Shown here one piece after another: positions 24,478-37,623 of a stretch of DNA of 64,000 bases (its first letter is position 1; each line of letters opens with the position of its first letter). This stretch comes from Carcharhinus amblyrhynchos. Its lineage: Eukaryota. Both the position numbers and the translations under genes were made by a program. Where the stretch lies: positions 58,962,001-59,026,000 of the forward strand of contig OZ336879.1 in assembly GCA_965287045.1 (NCBI GenBank), given 5' to 3'. A model generated the notes under the pieces. It searched no databases. It saw only the letters and a list, made by a program, of their open reading frames with translations, and was not told where the DNA came from.

Positions 24478-25655
24478 AAAGGTATGTAAAGAGAAAAAGA
24501 TTGACAAAAACAAATGTAGACCCTTTATTGTCAGGAAGAGGGGAATTCATAATAGGGAACAAAGAAATGGCTAAGGAACTAAATTCATATTTTGCTTCTG
24601 TCTTCACAAAGGAAAGCATGAATAATGTACTGGAAGTTCAGAGAAACACAAGTTTTAGTGAGGAGCTGAAGAAAATCAATATTAGTACAAAAATGATTTT
24701 GGAAAAATTAATGGGATTGAAGGTGGAAATATCTCCCTGATAATCGTCATTCCAGAGTACTTAAGGAAATTGCCATAGAAATAGTATATCCAATGGTGGT
24801 CATATTCCAAAATTCTTTGGACTCTAGAGTGGTTCCTACAGATTAGAGGATAGCTAATGAACTAATGAACCAATGAACTAATGAACAGGGAACTATAGAC
24901 CAGTGAGCCTAAAGTTGATAGTAAGGAAGTTTCTAGAATCTATTATCAAGGATTTCATGGCACGGAATTTGGAAAGCAATGGTATAATCATATAAAGTCA
25001 ACACGGATTTATGAAAGGGAATTCATGTTTGATAAATCCACTGGAATTATTTGAGGATGTAACTAGTAGAGTTGACCAGGGAGAACCGATGGATGTGGTT
25101 TATGTAGACTTTCAGAAGGCTTTCGACAAGATCTCACATAGCAGATTACTATGTAAAGTTAAAGCACGTGGGATTGCAGGTAGTGTCTTAAGATGGATAG
25201 AAAACTGGTTAGCAGACAAGAAGCAAAAAGTTGGCATAAATGGGATTTTTTCCAATTGGCAGTCAGTGACTAATGAGGGACTGCAGGGATCTGTGCTAAG
25301 ACCCCAACTGTTTGCATTATATATTAATGATTTGGATGAGGGAACTGAATGGATTATCTCCAAATTTGTAGATGATACAAAGTTGGATGGGAGGGTGAGT
25401 TGTGAGGAGGATGTAGAGATGCCTCAATATGATTTGGAGAGACTGAGTGAGTGGGCATATGCATGGCAGTATAATACAGATAAACGTGGGATTATCCACT
25501 TCTGTAGCAAAAAATAGGGAGTCAGATTATTATTTGAATGCATGTAAATTGAGAGAGATGGATACTCACCTTGACCTTGGTGTTCTCGTGCATCAGTCCC
25601 TGAAAGTAAGCATGCAGGTACAGCAGGTAGTAAAGAAGGCAAATGGTATGTTGAC
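24478..25655 (+). mobile_element. CR1 RT internal fragment
   Basis: Motifs NSYFASVFT, VVYVDFQKAFDK, QGSVL and KFVDDTKL. Confidence 0.92.
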
Positions 25656-25759
25656 CTGTTTACTGCCCACACCACTCCTACTTGGGCATCTTCAGGGACA
25701 ATTGACTTTGCTGACTCTTGACTGCATTTTGGTGATTAAGTCATATCATTTTCTGTAGC

Positions 25760-27340
25760 CCAACTTACAAACAGTCAAATAAACTTAAGATCACCACAGC
25801 CTTCCATTTTATGCCATAGTTTCCTTCCAGGCCATCAGGAGATCATTGTCAACCTAAAATTCATTTCTGTCTGCGTCAAGTGAGTAACACTTCATATACT
25901 GAGGATCATTTTTACCAGATTCTTGCCAGAAAGACTGTAGCACGTAGGGAGAGCAGAAAGCTTTTAGCATCTGACTGGCCTACCAAGATGAAGGGAATTA
26001 CAAACGAAACCATCGATGTAAGGTTCATTCATACGCAAATAGTGAAGGATCTCTGGCTGTCTTCTGTCTTGTGAGACAATAGTTTGGTCTTTGGTGATCA
26101 ACTCAATGTTAAATATCATGCTGTATGGCTCAAGACCCCCACTCTGGAATGGCAGTCTCTGCTCTATTTGCTGCAGGTAAGGACAGTGGACTGAAAAGTT
26201 GCAGGATTCTCTGTTCTCTATTTTCTCTGGAGCCTGTTGTCTGTCAATTGGGCCTCCTGCTTCTGCAATTGTCCCAGCAGACAGTCAGCCTCCAGGAGTC
26301 ACAGCCATTGGCAACTATCTCCGAATGTCTGCCATGTTCATATCTTACTTTCAGATGGCCTGGTAGGGAAGTATGGATTGTGCGTTTGTTGTGACCCAAT
26401 AGACTGCTCATCAGACAGAAGTCTTTAGTTACGTGACCATCATCCATCCAATAACATGGCCAAGCCAGTACAAACATTGTTGGTTTAGCAATGTATGTTG
26501 ATGGAATTAGCATTAACATCTTCGAGTTGGTGACCATGTACTGCAAAGAGATGCCGAGGAAAGATCTGAGACTGGAAACTGGTCAGCCTTTTCTCCTGGC
26601 TAGCCAGATCTTACTATTGTAGAAGAGTGCACTGAGCATACAGGCTTGGTAGACTTGCAGTTTGGTGTTCTCAGTCAGATTACTGTTGTTCCACACTCTT
26701 TTACTCAGCTTGGATACAACAATGCAGCTTTTGCAATGCATGTTTCTATCAAGTCGTGTAATTGTGGAGCTTAAACATGTGAAGCTATTAACAACATCCA
26801 GAGTTACATTGTTAACATTGAATGATGGTGGTATGGTAGGTTCCTGGGCTATGATCATAGAATCCATACAGTGCAGAAGGAGGCCATTTGACAATTGAGC
26901 CTGCACCATAAAACAATTCCACTCAGGCCCTATTCCTGTAACCTCATGTATTTACCCAGCTAATCTCCCTGACACCGAGGGGCAATTTATCATGGCCAAC
27001 CAAACTAACCCACACATCTTTGGACTGTGGGAGGAAACTGGAGCACCCAGAGGAAACCAACACAGACACGGGGAGAATGCCTTCCTGATGCTGATGGTCA
27101 AAGCAAATTCATTACAAATGTGAGACAGCCTGTCCATTTACTGCTGAAGGTGTTCCTCAGGTTGGGATGTGAGTATAGTATCATTGGTGCAAAACAGTTC
27201 TCTGGATAGGCCACCTCTGCTTGCATGATCAAATGCCTTTGTGTGATCAATGAAAGCAAAATATAGTGGTATTCTTTGATCTTGGCATTCCTCTAAAGCT
27301 ACCTCACTGAGATGTTCATGTTGACTGTCAATCTTTCAGT
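25760..27340 (-). mobile_element. RTE-clade LINE remnant, interrupted by a V-SINE
   Basis: FALTISIRK and LSKRVWNNSNLTENTKLQVYQACMLSALFY are RTE-type RT C-terminal motifs. Confidence 0.75.
26855..27080 (-). mobile_element. V-SINE (5'-truncated), tail type A
   Basis: atcatagaatccatacagtgcagaaggaggccatt...gaggaaactggagcacccagaggaaacc. Confidence 0.88.
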
Positions 27341-27364
27341 TCTGAAGCCACTCTCAGATATGGA

Positions 27365-27460
27365 ATTGATGCAGAAAATGTTGGAAATATTTGGTAGGTC
27401 AGGCAGCATTTGTGGAGAGAAGAATTTATGTTTCAGGTCAATAACTCTTCATCAGAGCAG
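27365..27460 (-). mobile_element. PLE family-2 pLTR fragment with degenerate hammerhead
   Basis: Reverse complement reads CTGATGAagagttattgacctGAAAcata..tctctccacaaatgctgcctgacct. Confidence 0.65.
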
Positions 27461-28282
27461 TCCTTACGTCAATCAAAATGAGTTTATCACTTGTAATAAC
27501 TGTCCCTTCCATGTTATGTTGATCTTCTGTAGCAGAACTGAAGTGTGCTCTCCAGGACTCAGGCCATTTAATGTGATCATAGCTGATTTATATCTTAGAT
27601 GGTAGCCTTCCATTCAGAATCTAAGTTCATTTATTAGTGCAGAAATAAAAGTGATTTCCATTGGAGGGTAGGATGGCTGACGATGTACAATCTTGCACTG
27701 TTGTGCTCATTAAATATGCATGTACAAAACATCACCGACTCTTGCGATAGTGGCAGGCAGAAAGTTGCCACCATTCCATTACCTTATGGTACTTGAAGGT
27801 CTGAGCACTATATTTAAAGGACACCTAGACATTCTGCATTATCCCTTCCTCCTTGGTCCGGCCACAGCTTCACCCTTCCCCACTAACCCTTCCTTCCTTC
27901 CTTGGTAATCATCCATGCTAATTACACTGCATCACCCAGATTTCAGCATGGGCCAATACTTATAGCTGCTCCCCAAAGAGCACAATGATTGTTAATCATG
28001 GAAGAAGTCACCTCGCCAGGTGCAGCCATAAACATGAATAATCTAAATTCTCGCTGGTGAGAAACTAAATTTAATATTTAATTCCAGCAAGCTGATCTTC
28101 TGATGAAAATGCATGACAAGCCAATGCATGCAAACAGATTTCCCAACATTGTTCGTCGTGAAGCTTGAGCTGCCCTTAAAATCCCAAGAACATAATTGTT
28201 GAAGTGCATTTGCCATCAGAAAACTGTTTTTTTGGCCTCATGCCAAATTAAGTTTGCCCACCCGCCATGCTTCCTGGTTGAG

Positions 28283-28415
28283 GGCCAGGATTTTATAGTC
28301 AGTCCCACCCAGCGGAATATTACAGTTCCAGTGAAGTAAATGGCCACATTCACTGGGGGCAGGTGGGTGGGCGGGGTGACACACATGCTACAGTGGGGCT
28401 GATAAAATCCTGACC
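28283..28415. mobile_element. Small MITE with 14-bp TIRs
   Basis: ggccaggattttat ... ataaaatcctgacc (one mismatch). Confidence 0.65.
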
Positions 28416-28747
28416 TTGGTGATTTCTAACCGGAGCTTTGTACGGCTAAAGTATGACTTCTATTCCTGTATTCCAGTCCTTTAGATATAAAGGCTAAAAT
28501 TCCATTAGCCTCTTTGTTTATATTTTGAATCTGATTACCACATTTTGGTGATCGGTGTACATGTGCCCCTTAAATCCCTAAGTCTACTGGCCATGACTCC
28601 CAGATTGCCTATATTCAGGTTTGGTTCATCAGCTTTTGTGTAGCAATTATCTTTTAGGACATTGTCGTGATTTTTCTCCTAGTTTTCTTTTATCATTCCT
28701 ACACAGGGATTCATCCTGTTTCACAATGGAGAAAATATATTACTCAC

Positions 28748-29146
28748 TTTTACCCATTGTAATCTTATGACTGAATGAATGAACCTTTAAACAACACTCC
28801 CCCACACTGGTTCTACAGTATGACAGTCTTCCCCTTAAATTGTTAGCATTTGAAGCAGCATCCTTCAAGATCTTAAAATCAATATTCACTATGTTAGTTG
28901 TTACATAAACCAAAATGCTCTTCCTTCCATATACACTCTCAAGTCTGATGGGCATTCAGCTGGATGATGAGACTGCTGGTCATTGCAGAAAGGTCCTCTG
29001 CCAGCAATCAACTTCTTTGTTCAATGAATCTGATTAATACGTCACATTGTGAGCAGCATCCTCCCAATCAGCACTGATAAAGGTCAATCGCACAACAAAG
29101 ACAAATCTAGAGTTATTGAGGGAACTTATCCTTGTCCAGCGAGTAA
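28748..29146 (-). other. Candidate 399-nt spliced exon (5' UTR/first coding or lncRNA)
   Basis: Minus-strand acceptor tttttttgcag| and consensus donor aaa|GTGAGTA in unique sequence. All three frames stop in the 5' half; an ORF runs open into the donor. Confidence 0.4.
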
Positions 29147-29644
29147 CTGCAAAAAAATGTTTTGTTTTTCATGATACATCACACCTTCTACAAGAAAGGT
29201 CAGAGTATAGTTCTCGTAGAAAAGGAAATGTGCATATATATGGCATTATATTTCAAATAATATTTTCTGTGTGCAGTAAATTGAACTGAGTTTTGAAATC
29301 CAGTTTCTGCTTGCTTAGCTTATATAACTTGTTCATTCTTGATGTGCTTTCATCGTGCAAAGGTGAAAAAAACACCCTTGAGGTTATTTGCATTCACTAC
29401 AAACTGGGTCATGTTTTTCATTCAAAGGCAGATGAAACCTGTTTTATCTGCGACCTAATAAGTGGATAATTAAAAAAGAAAATCCGGCTCCGGAAATCAT
29501 GTATTCCTCATTTACCAGTTGTATACAGTCAATGGAACATCCGTGATCATGAAATACAAGCTGCGCTTCTTCAACAATCGTCCAAACACCAAGATTCTGC
29601 ACCTTTCTGTGACAATGTTTTCAACTAAAGCTGTTCGAATGCAC

Positions 29645-29750
29645 GAAGGTTCTGAGAGAAGATCAGTGACCAGAAACCTTAACTCTATTTCTCTCTCCGC
29701 AGATGCTGCCTGACATGATGAGTATTTCCAGCATTTTCTCTTTTTATTAT
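29645..29750 (+). mobile_element. PLE family-2 pLTR fragment, decayed hammerhead
   Basis: ctgagagaagatcagtgaccagaaaccttaactctatttctctctccgcagatgctgcctgac..gagtatttccagcattttc. Confidence 0.6.
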
Positions 29751-30164
29751 AGGTGGATAATTGGCATTGGAACTATTTCCAATTAGCATATGGCAACTAT
29801 TTGAATGCAGTTGTTGTTCAGCAAATTAGGCTTTCATGAATATTTGATGTTCTAACACAAGGAAAATGAAATGCAAAAAAGTAATCTGATCTGCCACTAT
29901 TGCTCCTTACACAACTATATAATGTAAGTTTTATTACAGTATCTATTACTAACATCTGTGTGAAACTATGACAGATATCTAAGGTTGTAGAATCTCTTTG
30001 ATCACAACAGGAGAAAAAGGACAAATCAATCAAGCAATGACATAGAACAGCAAATAATAGAGGAAGAAATTGCATTTATATACTGCCTTTCAGGCCCTCG
30101 AGGACACTCCAAAATGCTTCAAAGGCAATTAATTACTTCTAAAGTGATTCACAGTTCTAATTAT

Positions 30165-30750
30165 TTTTATATTCTTTTGTGGGATGTGAGCATCGCTAGT
30201 AAGGCCAGCATTTATTGCAGAACTCTCATCGACCTTGCAAAGGTGTGGTGAGCTACTTTCTTGAAAGGAGTTCCAGACTTTTCATCCAGTAACAGTGATG
30301 AAAAGGTGATATAGTTCCAGATCAAGATTTTGTGTGACTTATGAGGGGAACCTTTGGGTGGTGGCATTCCCAAGTGCCTGGTGCCCTTGCCCTTTAAGGT
30401 TGTAGAGATCCTGGCTGGAATTTTGCCATCTCGCCTGCCATGGAAATTAGAACGGGCAAGGAGAGACCATGGAAAGGTCCATTGACTTTGGATGGGATTT
30501 TCTGGTTTTCAGGGCAAGTGAGGCCGGAAAATCCCACCCCTAAGTTTGGGAGCCTTGGCTAATTGTGTACCTTGTGTATCAAACACACTGCTGCCACTGA
30601 GTGTGGGTGGTGGGGGAGGTGAATGTTGAAGGTGGTGTTTGGAGTGCCAATCAAGCGGGCTGCTTTGTCCTGGATAGTGTTGAGCTCCTTGTGTGTTTAT
30701 GGAACTGCATTCCTTCAGCAAGTGGAGAATATTTCATCACACTCCTGTCT
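30165..30750 (-). mobile_element. LINE family B 3' fragment with a MITE inserted at ~30414-30540
   Basis: Matches 18985-19500. MITE termini are ggctggaatttt / aaaatcccacc. Confidence 0.8.
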
Positions 30751-30789
30751 TGCGCCACAAATATCCCCATTGTCAGTAATAGAGGTGTT

Positions 30790-32520
30790 TGCACATCAGT
30801 GTAAAAGACAAAGCTGATGCATTTACAACAATCTTCAGCCAGAAGTAAATGATCCATTTCAGTGTCCTCCTGAGGTCCCAAGCATCACAGATGCAAATCT
30901 TCAGCCAATTCAATTCACTTCATATAATATCAAGGATCAGCTGAAGGCACTAGATACTGTGACAATATTCCAGTAATAGTACTGAAGATTTGTGCTCCAG
31001 AACCATCTCTGCCCCTAACCAAGGTGTAACCCAGTACAGCTACAAAACTGGCCTGTACCCAATAAGGCGAACAATTTTGTGGGCACGTCCTGTCCACAAA
31101 AAGCAGGACAAGCCCAACCTAACCAATTACTGCCCATCAGTTTTCTATTCATTAGCAAAGTGATGGAATGTATTTTTGTCAGTGCTATTGAGCAGGATTG
31201 CTCAATAATAACCCAGTCACCGATGCTTAGTTTGCGTTCCATCAGAGTCACCTGGCCCCATCATAGTTTGATCCAAGCATGGTCTAAAGAACTGAACTCA
31301 AAAGGCGGGAGTCAAAGCCTTTTTGACAAAAGGCAGTATTTGACAGAGTGCGGCATCAAGGAGCTTGAGAAAAACTGGAGTCAGTAGGAATCAGGGGAAA
31401 AGTCTACTCTGGTTGGAGTCATACCTGTTAGAAACCAATCATCTCAACCCCAAGACGTTGCTGTAGGAGCTTTTCAGGATAGTGACCCACATGCAACTAT
31501 TTTCAGTTGTTTCATCAATGACCTTAAGCGGGATTTTCTGGCCCTTTCTGGTCAATGGGATCTTCTGGTCCACCAAAGGTGAGCCACCAGAATGGGTTCC
31601 TTGGAGGTGGGACAGGTGACCACACAAAACACTGTAGACATTGATGGGACTGGAAGATCCTGCCAGCGGCCAACGGTGAGCCACCTCTGCCGCTGGAAAC
31701 CAAAAATAAGTTCAGAAATAGGGATGTTCACTGATGATTGCATAGTATTCAGGTCCATTTGTAAGTTCTCAGGTGCTGTAACAATCCTTGCCTACATTTA
31801 GCAAGCTGTAACAATCCTTACCTACATGTAGCAAAACGTGGAAAACATTCAGACTTCGATTAATAAATGGCAACTATTATTCATGTCACACAGATGCCAG
31901 ATGATATCCATCTCCAATAAGAATGAGTCTTACCATCTCTCTTTGACACTCAAGAGCATTATGATTGCTGAATCTCTCTCCACCAACATCCTGGGGTCAA
32001 CATTGATAAGAAATTGAACAGGTCCAACCATATAAATACTGTGAAGTCAAGAGCAGGTCAAAAATTGGGAATTCTGTGACACTCTAAAACCTTTCTAATA
32101 CCTACATAGCACAAATCACAGGTGATGGGGCACTCTCCTCCTGCCTGCATGGTTGTAGTTCCAACAACATGCAGAAACCCCAACAACATTCAAGACCTAA
32201 TCCACCATCTTAAATATTCATTCTCTCTACCATTGGTGTATCGTTGCGGCAATGTTATGCCACTTACATGATACACTGCAGCAGGACTGCATTAACAGTA
32301 ATTCCACTGTGAAAGACTAAGGGAGCAGACACATGGGAACATGTGAAGTTGGCAAGTTCACCTTCAAGTCACTTCATCCTCACAACAGTGTTGCAGTTCC
32401 TTCATCTCACAGACTGTAGCAGTTCATGAAAGTAGCTTACCACCACCTTCTCAAAGGCAATAAGGGATTGGCAATAAATGCTGGCCTTGCCAGTGACATT
32501 GATATATTTTTGGAACAGAA
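30790..32520 (+). mobile_element. LINE family B RT to 3' end, decayed, with a MITE at ~31527-31700 and a 30-bp tandem duplication at ~31776-31833
   Basis: Reverse-complement homology to 18985-20640. Contains EIGMFTDD and the tail ggcaataaatgctggcc. Confidence 0.85.
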
Positions 32521-33929
32521 TGAACTAACACAGCAGGCTGCACCTAACCAATATAGAAACCAAAAGATCTATAAGAAACATTGAGGCAACACTTGAGAAC
32601 TGCTTTAACGAGATAGATAGGGGAGTCCAGGAAATAAACAAAATTCCAGAAGTCAACATGTGGGTATAGACAGAACATTGTATTTTCCTGACTCTGGGAG
32701 ACAGGTTTGGCATCTGGGGCTGGGAAATAGTGTGGAGTTCTACCAGGTTGGCTAGCCAAAGCATTCCCATTGCAAGGGGCCTTTCTGGCAACAGGCCTAT
32801 TCCAGGAAGGTGGCAGCCAAATAGAGTGGTTAAGATCTCAATTAGTATTGTGGTCGGAACCTTCCCACCAGTGGAGTGGCCGCTGCCGAATGCGGAGACC
32901 ACCAGCTCATTGGAGGTGACCATGCATGCATGAAAGTCATCAGAGAAGAAGGCTCCATGTTCCAATTATGGGGACGTGAGGATGAAAGGCCACTTTCACA
33001 ACCACATCTGACCTTACAGAAGGATTTCCCCTCCACTCCAAGCCCTTGCCAGCTTCAGGAGTTTTTTTTGCAGCCGTTCTGCTTTGGTCAACAAGGGCAC
33101 CTCCATATTCAATCACCCTTGTGATTCTTGACCTATCTCAATCATGCCTACTTCTCCTGGTTGGGCTGCTAAGGCTCCAGGGGTAGCGGCCATTTGATTA
33201 GAGCTGCAGCATTGGAAGCCTGCTCACTGTCCTTAATAAGAAAATGCGAATGGACGTGCAATTAGGAGGTCACCATGTGGAAGATTGTGTCCTTCATCTT
33301 GTTGCCGACAAGTTTAGCCTCAGGACTCCTATTTGATCCTGACGCTGGGGTGCTGAAGCCTGCAGGAAAACCCAGTCTCAATCTTCAGGGATATATACAA
33401 GAATTAATAAATATACATTCACTGCTTAAATTGACCATCCAGAAAGGTGACTCTAGCAACTTTAGAGATATAAGTAAATGGAATAAAGCATTAGTAACAT
33501 GGGGGATTGCTTAATGATTGCTGCAAAAGGCATCAGACATGTTTGACACAACCAACTTTAGCCATTAGTGTCTTAACTCCTTCCCCCCTTCAAATAAAGA
33601 GCTAATCCTTAATCCTGCGCCCATTTCAGAGCATTGCAACGCATCAGATCTCTATTCCCTCACATGACTACATCAATAATAGTCACCTGATTAAATAAAT
33701 CAGATGGAACAACTGCACCCTTTTTCTGTAATCTCCATGATTTACAAAGCAGGCCTTCAACACACATTCTCCTTAATAGAATAGTCTCCAAAATGAACAC
33801 AAACCAATCTACACTTTCCTAACATACTTCTCTGGATATCTACAATTGTCTTTCTTTCTCTTGTTCTGCCCACAGTACTTCTCCTGGACACATCTGAGGT
33901 GAGTAGGGAGTTAGGTATTTGTTCGCTGC

Positions 33930-34132
33930 AAACCACAGAAAGTAGTTGAGGCCAAAATGTTGAGTGATTTCAAGAAGAAATTAGATATATCTCTTGGGGC
34001 TAAAGTGATCAAAGGATATGGGAGGAAGGCAGGATCAGGATATTGAATTTTGATGATCAGCTATGATCAGAATAAATGGTGGAGTAGACTTGAAGAATCG
34101 AATGGCCTACGCATTCTTCTATTTTCTATGTT
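33930..34132 (+). mobile_element. CR1 3' tail
   Basis: gtagttgaggcc..aaggatatggg..atcagctatgatc..aatggcctac..ttctatg. Confidence 0.8.
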
Positions 34133-34715
34133 TCAAAAAAGTTCTTGGGATTGATAGGCTGCACACCTTTACCCCTCACCTCGTTTAGATCCTGCCCTTT
34201 AAGGCAATTTTCTTTTTGTGGGAATCCATGATTGGTTGCACATCTGGGGCTTCTGCCCAAGCAACCTAACATCATCTTCTGCGTGCCACTGGTAGGATGT
34301 TCTAGGAGGAAACTGGATGCTTAGCTTTGCTGACAAGAGCTAATTGGGTAACTTTATTTCAACTGCCATTTTTTAACTACATCAGTCTTCCCACTGATCA
34401 GTGGGATGGCTGCTCTAATGGCAGGTAGCAGATCCTAAAAGCCCAAGAAAGAGGCCTTCATATTAGCCTCTTAGGCCTGGGAGCCAGAATGCTTGACACT
34501 ATCTATTCTGATCCTAATTGCCACCAATGAGACAGTATATTCGCCCAATGGAGAATGAAGCACCCACTGGTGTTTATGTGCGGGGATGCTGCAAACTCAC
34601 TGTTAGGCAAATGAGGAATGTTGATTCCAAAGATGCAACTATCAGTTGCCACACATCTCAGAGGTTGTCCTCAGGGCCCAGCAAATAGATATAAAATTTC
34701 TCAAACGGTCTTATG

Positions 34716-35010
34716 GGTGGCATGGTGGCAGAGTGGTTAGCACTGTTGCCTCACAGCTCCAGGGACCCAGTTTGATTCTAGGCTTGGGTCACTGTCTGTG
34801 CGGAATCTGTACATTCTCCTCATGTCTGCGTGGGCTTCTTCCGGTTTCCTCCCACAGTTCAAAAGATGTGCTGATTAGTGGCATTGGCTATGATGAATTC
34901 TTCCTCAGTGTGCCTGAACAAGCACCAGGGTGTGGTGACTACAGGATTTAGACAATAACTTCATTGTAATGTTAATGTGACCTACCTGTGACTAATAAAT
35001 AAACTTTAAC
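34716..35010 (+). mobile_element. V-SINE, tail type B
   Basis: Head gggtggcatggtggcagagtggttagcactg and tail tacctgtgactaataaataaac. Confidence 0.9.
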
Positions 35011-35099
35011 TCCTTTACCTAAATCACATGTTTCTGTCCCATTACTGCAGAATCATAGACAGGAGTTTCATTGGCCCTTGCTGGAATAGTGTCACATTT

Positions 35100-35345
35100 T
35101 CACCAACTTCGCCCTCCTTCAGCTTGAGAAATCATTCCGTTTTACTTGCTCGATTCTCCTGGATGAACGTCTGTGCTGCTGTGGGTGAGTGAAAAAGCAT
35201 GTGGCACACCATGTGAGATGAAATAAGTTGTGGCAGATGAACAGAGGGCAGAGACTCAAGGGTCGGGTTGACCTTCACATGCTTCTTCTCATTATGCCTT
35301 TTTTCTTCTTCATTCTCCTCAGCTTTCTCATTCTCATGGTTCAAA
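35100..35345 (-). mobile_element. Possible L1 ORF1p C-terminal remnant
   Basis: HMLFHSPTAAQTFIQE resembles the F-x-S-P-x-x-A-x-x-F end of L1 ORF1p. The support is short and weak. Confidence 0.3.
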
Positions 35346-36114
35346 ATCAGTTATTTCTTGTAAAGGTGCATTTTTATTATGTTACGCATCAAATATCCAG
35401 CTGATTAAGTAAATATAAAATAAAAGCTAAATGATTGCCTCAAAATTTTCATCTTCTATTTTATTTCTTCAGCATTGAGTGTACACAGTTATAAATAACA
35501 GCCCGGAAATTGTGGCAGCTGACTCATTTCACCTTAACTCTGACAAGAGTGTAATTTGAGACAGAAAATGTATCCATTCGTTTTCCTCTTATGATGCTCA
35601 GCAAACTGCAATTTCAGATTGGATGGACACTCAATTTACCTGCATCTGCAATTTGTGGACATTGATAATGTCACAAACTGGCTGAAGTTACCTGCAAAGA
35701 TGTCCCAACCTCGAACACCAGCTCATGGTGGTGTATGATTTTGTTCACTGGAATGGTGAGTCACGCATAAGACCCAGTGAGAATTGTGACCAGTCCAGGT
35801 ATGGTAGAACACTTACTGAAAATCTATTTATTTCAATAAAGAAAACATGCATATATATGAACAGGACTACAATGGTCTAAGACTATTATAAGAGCTACTA
35901 AGCACACCCACACAGTTTGTGCAGAAATTACTCTTTCTGATCCAAAGAATGTTCATAAGAACTTGAACTCTTTCAAGACTTCCCTCTTCCCAAGCAACAT
36001 CCAATTCAATAGATCTATAAGTAAGGCCAGCTTATAGTTATAACACAGTGTGTACAGTTGAGGAGTTAGTCTGGGGAACATCTCTTGGTTCGGCAAAGAT
36101 CTGAATTTGATGAT

Positions 36115-37350
36115 GCAATGAGGCAGACTTGATTAGGGAACTTAAGGTAAAGGAACCCTTAGGGAGCAGTGACCACAATGTGATAGAATTTACCCTGCAG
36201 TTTGAGAGAGAGAAGATGGAATCAGATGTAATGGTATTACAGTTAAAGAAAGGTAACTACAAATACACGAGGAAGGAGCTGGCCAGAGTTGATTGGAAAG
36301 GGAGCCCAGCAGGGAAGACAGTGGAGCAGCAATGGCAGGAGTTTTTGAGAGTTATTCGGGAGGCACCACAGAAATTCATCCAAGGAGGAGGAAACATGCT
36401 AAGGGGAGGACGAGGCACCCATGGCTGACGAAGGAAGTCAAGGACAGCATAATAGCAAAGGAAAAAGCATACAAAGTAGCGAGGAATAGTGAGAATTCAG
36501 AGATCTGGGAAGCCTTTAAAAGCAAGCAGAAGACAACTAAAAAAGCAATAAGAGGAAGAAGATGAAATATGAATGTAAGCCAGCTAGTAATATAAAAGAA
36601 GATAGAAAGAGATTTTTTTCAATGCATAAAAGGTAAGAGAGAGACAAAAATAGCCATTGGACCACTGGAAAATGAGGCTGGAGAAGTAATAATAGGAAAC
36701 AAAGCAATGGCAGAGGAACTGAATAGTTACTTTGCATCAGTCTTCATGGTAGAAGATACCAGTGGGATGCCAGAACTCAAGGAGAGTCAGGGGACACAGA
36801 TGAGTGTAATGGCTATCATGAAGGAGAAGATAATGGGGAAACTGAAAGGTCTGATGGTGGATAAATCACCTGGACTGGATGGATTACACCCCCGGTTTCT
36901 AAAAGAGATAGCGGAGAAAATTGTGGAGGCAGTGGTTGTGATCTTTCAGGAATCTGTAGAGGCAGGGAGGATACCAGAGGACTGGAAAGTAGCTAACATA
37001 ACACTGCTGTTTAAGGAGGGAGGTAATTATAGGCTAGTTAGCCTGACTTTGGTCATTGGCAAGATTTTAGAGTCCATTATTAAAGATGAAATCTCAGAGT
37101 ACTTGGAAGTGCATGATAAAATAGGACTGAGTCAGCATAGCTTTGCCAAGGGGACCTCATGTCTGATAAATCTGTTAGAGTTCTTTGAGGAAGTACCAAA
37201 CAAATTAGATAAAGGAGAACCAGTGGACGTGATTTATTTAGATTTCCAGAAGGCCTTTGACAAGTGCCACATAGAAGACTGTTAAATAAGTTAACTATCC
37301 ATGGTGTTAAGGGTAAGATCGTGGCTTGGATAGAGGATTGGCTGACTGGC
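36115..37350 (+). mobile_element. CR1 ORF2 fragment (EN C-terminus to RT)
   Basis: Motifs LGSSDHNVIEF, KSPGLDGLHPR and VIYLDFQKAFDK. Confidence 0.95.
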
Positions 37351-37369
37351 AGAGTGGGAATAAAGGGGT

Positions 37370-37623
37370 CCCATCAAGTCTGCACTGACCACAATTCCAC
37401 CCTGGCCCTATCCCCATAACCTCATGCACTTACCCCAGCTAGTCCCCCTGACACGAAGGGGGCGATCCACCTAACCTGCACACCTTTGGACTGTGGGAGG
37501 AAACCGGAGAACCTGGAGGAAACCCAGGCAGACACGGAGAGAATGTGCATAGTCCATACAAACAGTGACCCCAGCTGGGAATTGAACCCAGGTATCTGGC
37601 AGTGCTAACCACTATGCCACCGT
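37370..37623 (-). mobile_element. V-SINE
   Basis: ctttggactgtgggaggaaaccggag..gcagtgctaaccactatgccaccg. Confidence 0.88.

Noticed and set aside
24853-24886. (ctaatgaa)4 short tandem array
   Set aside because: Slippage microsatellite within a CR1 fragment. It has no spacers and is not CRISPR-like.
35730-36050. TG...CA-bounded LTR-like segment
   Set aside because: No clear TSD or second copy was found, so its boundaries cannot be supported.
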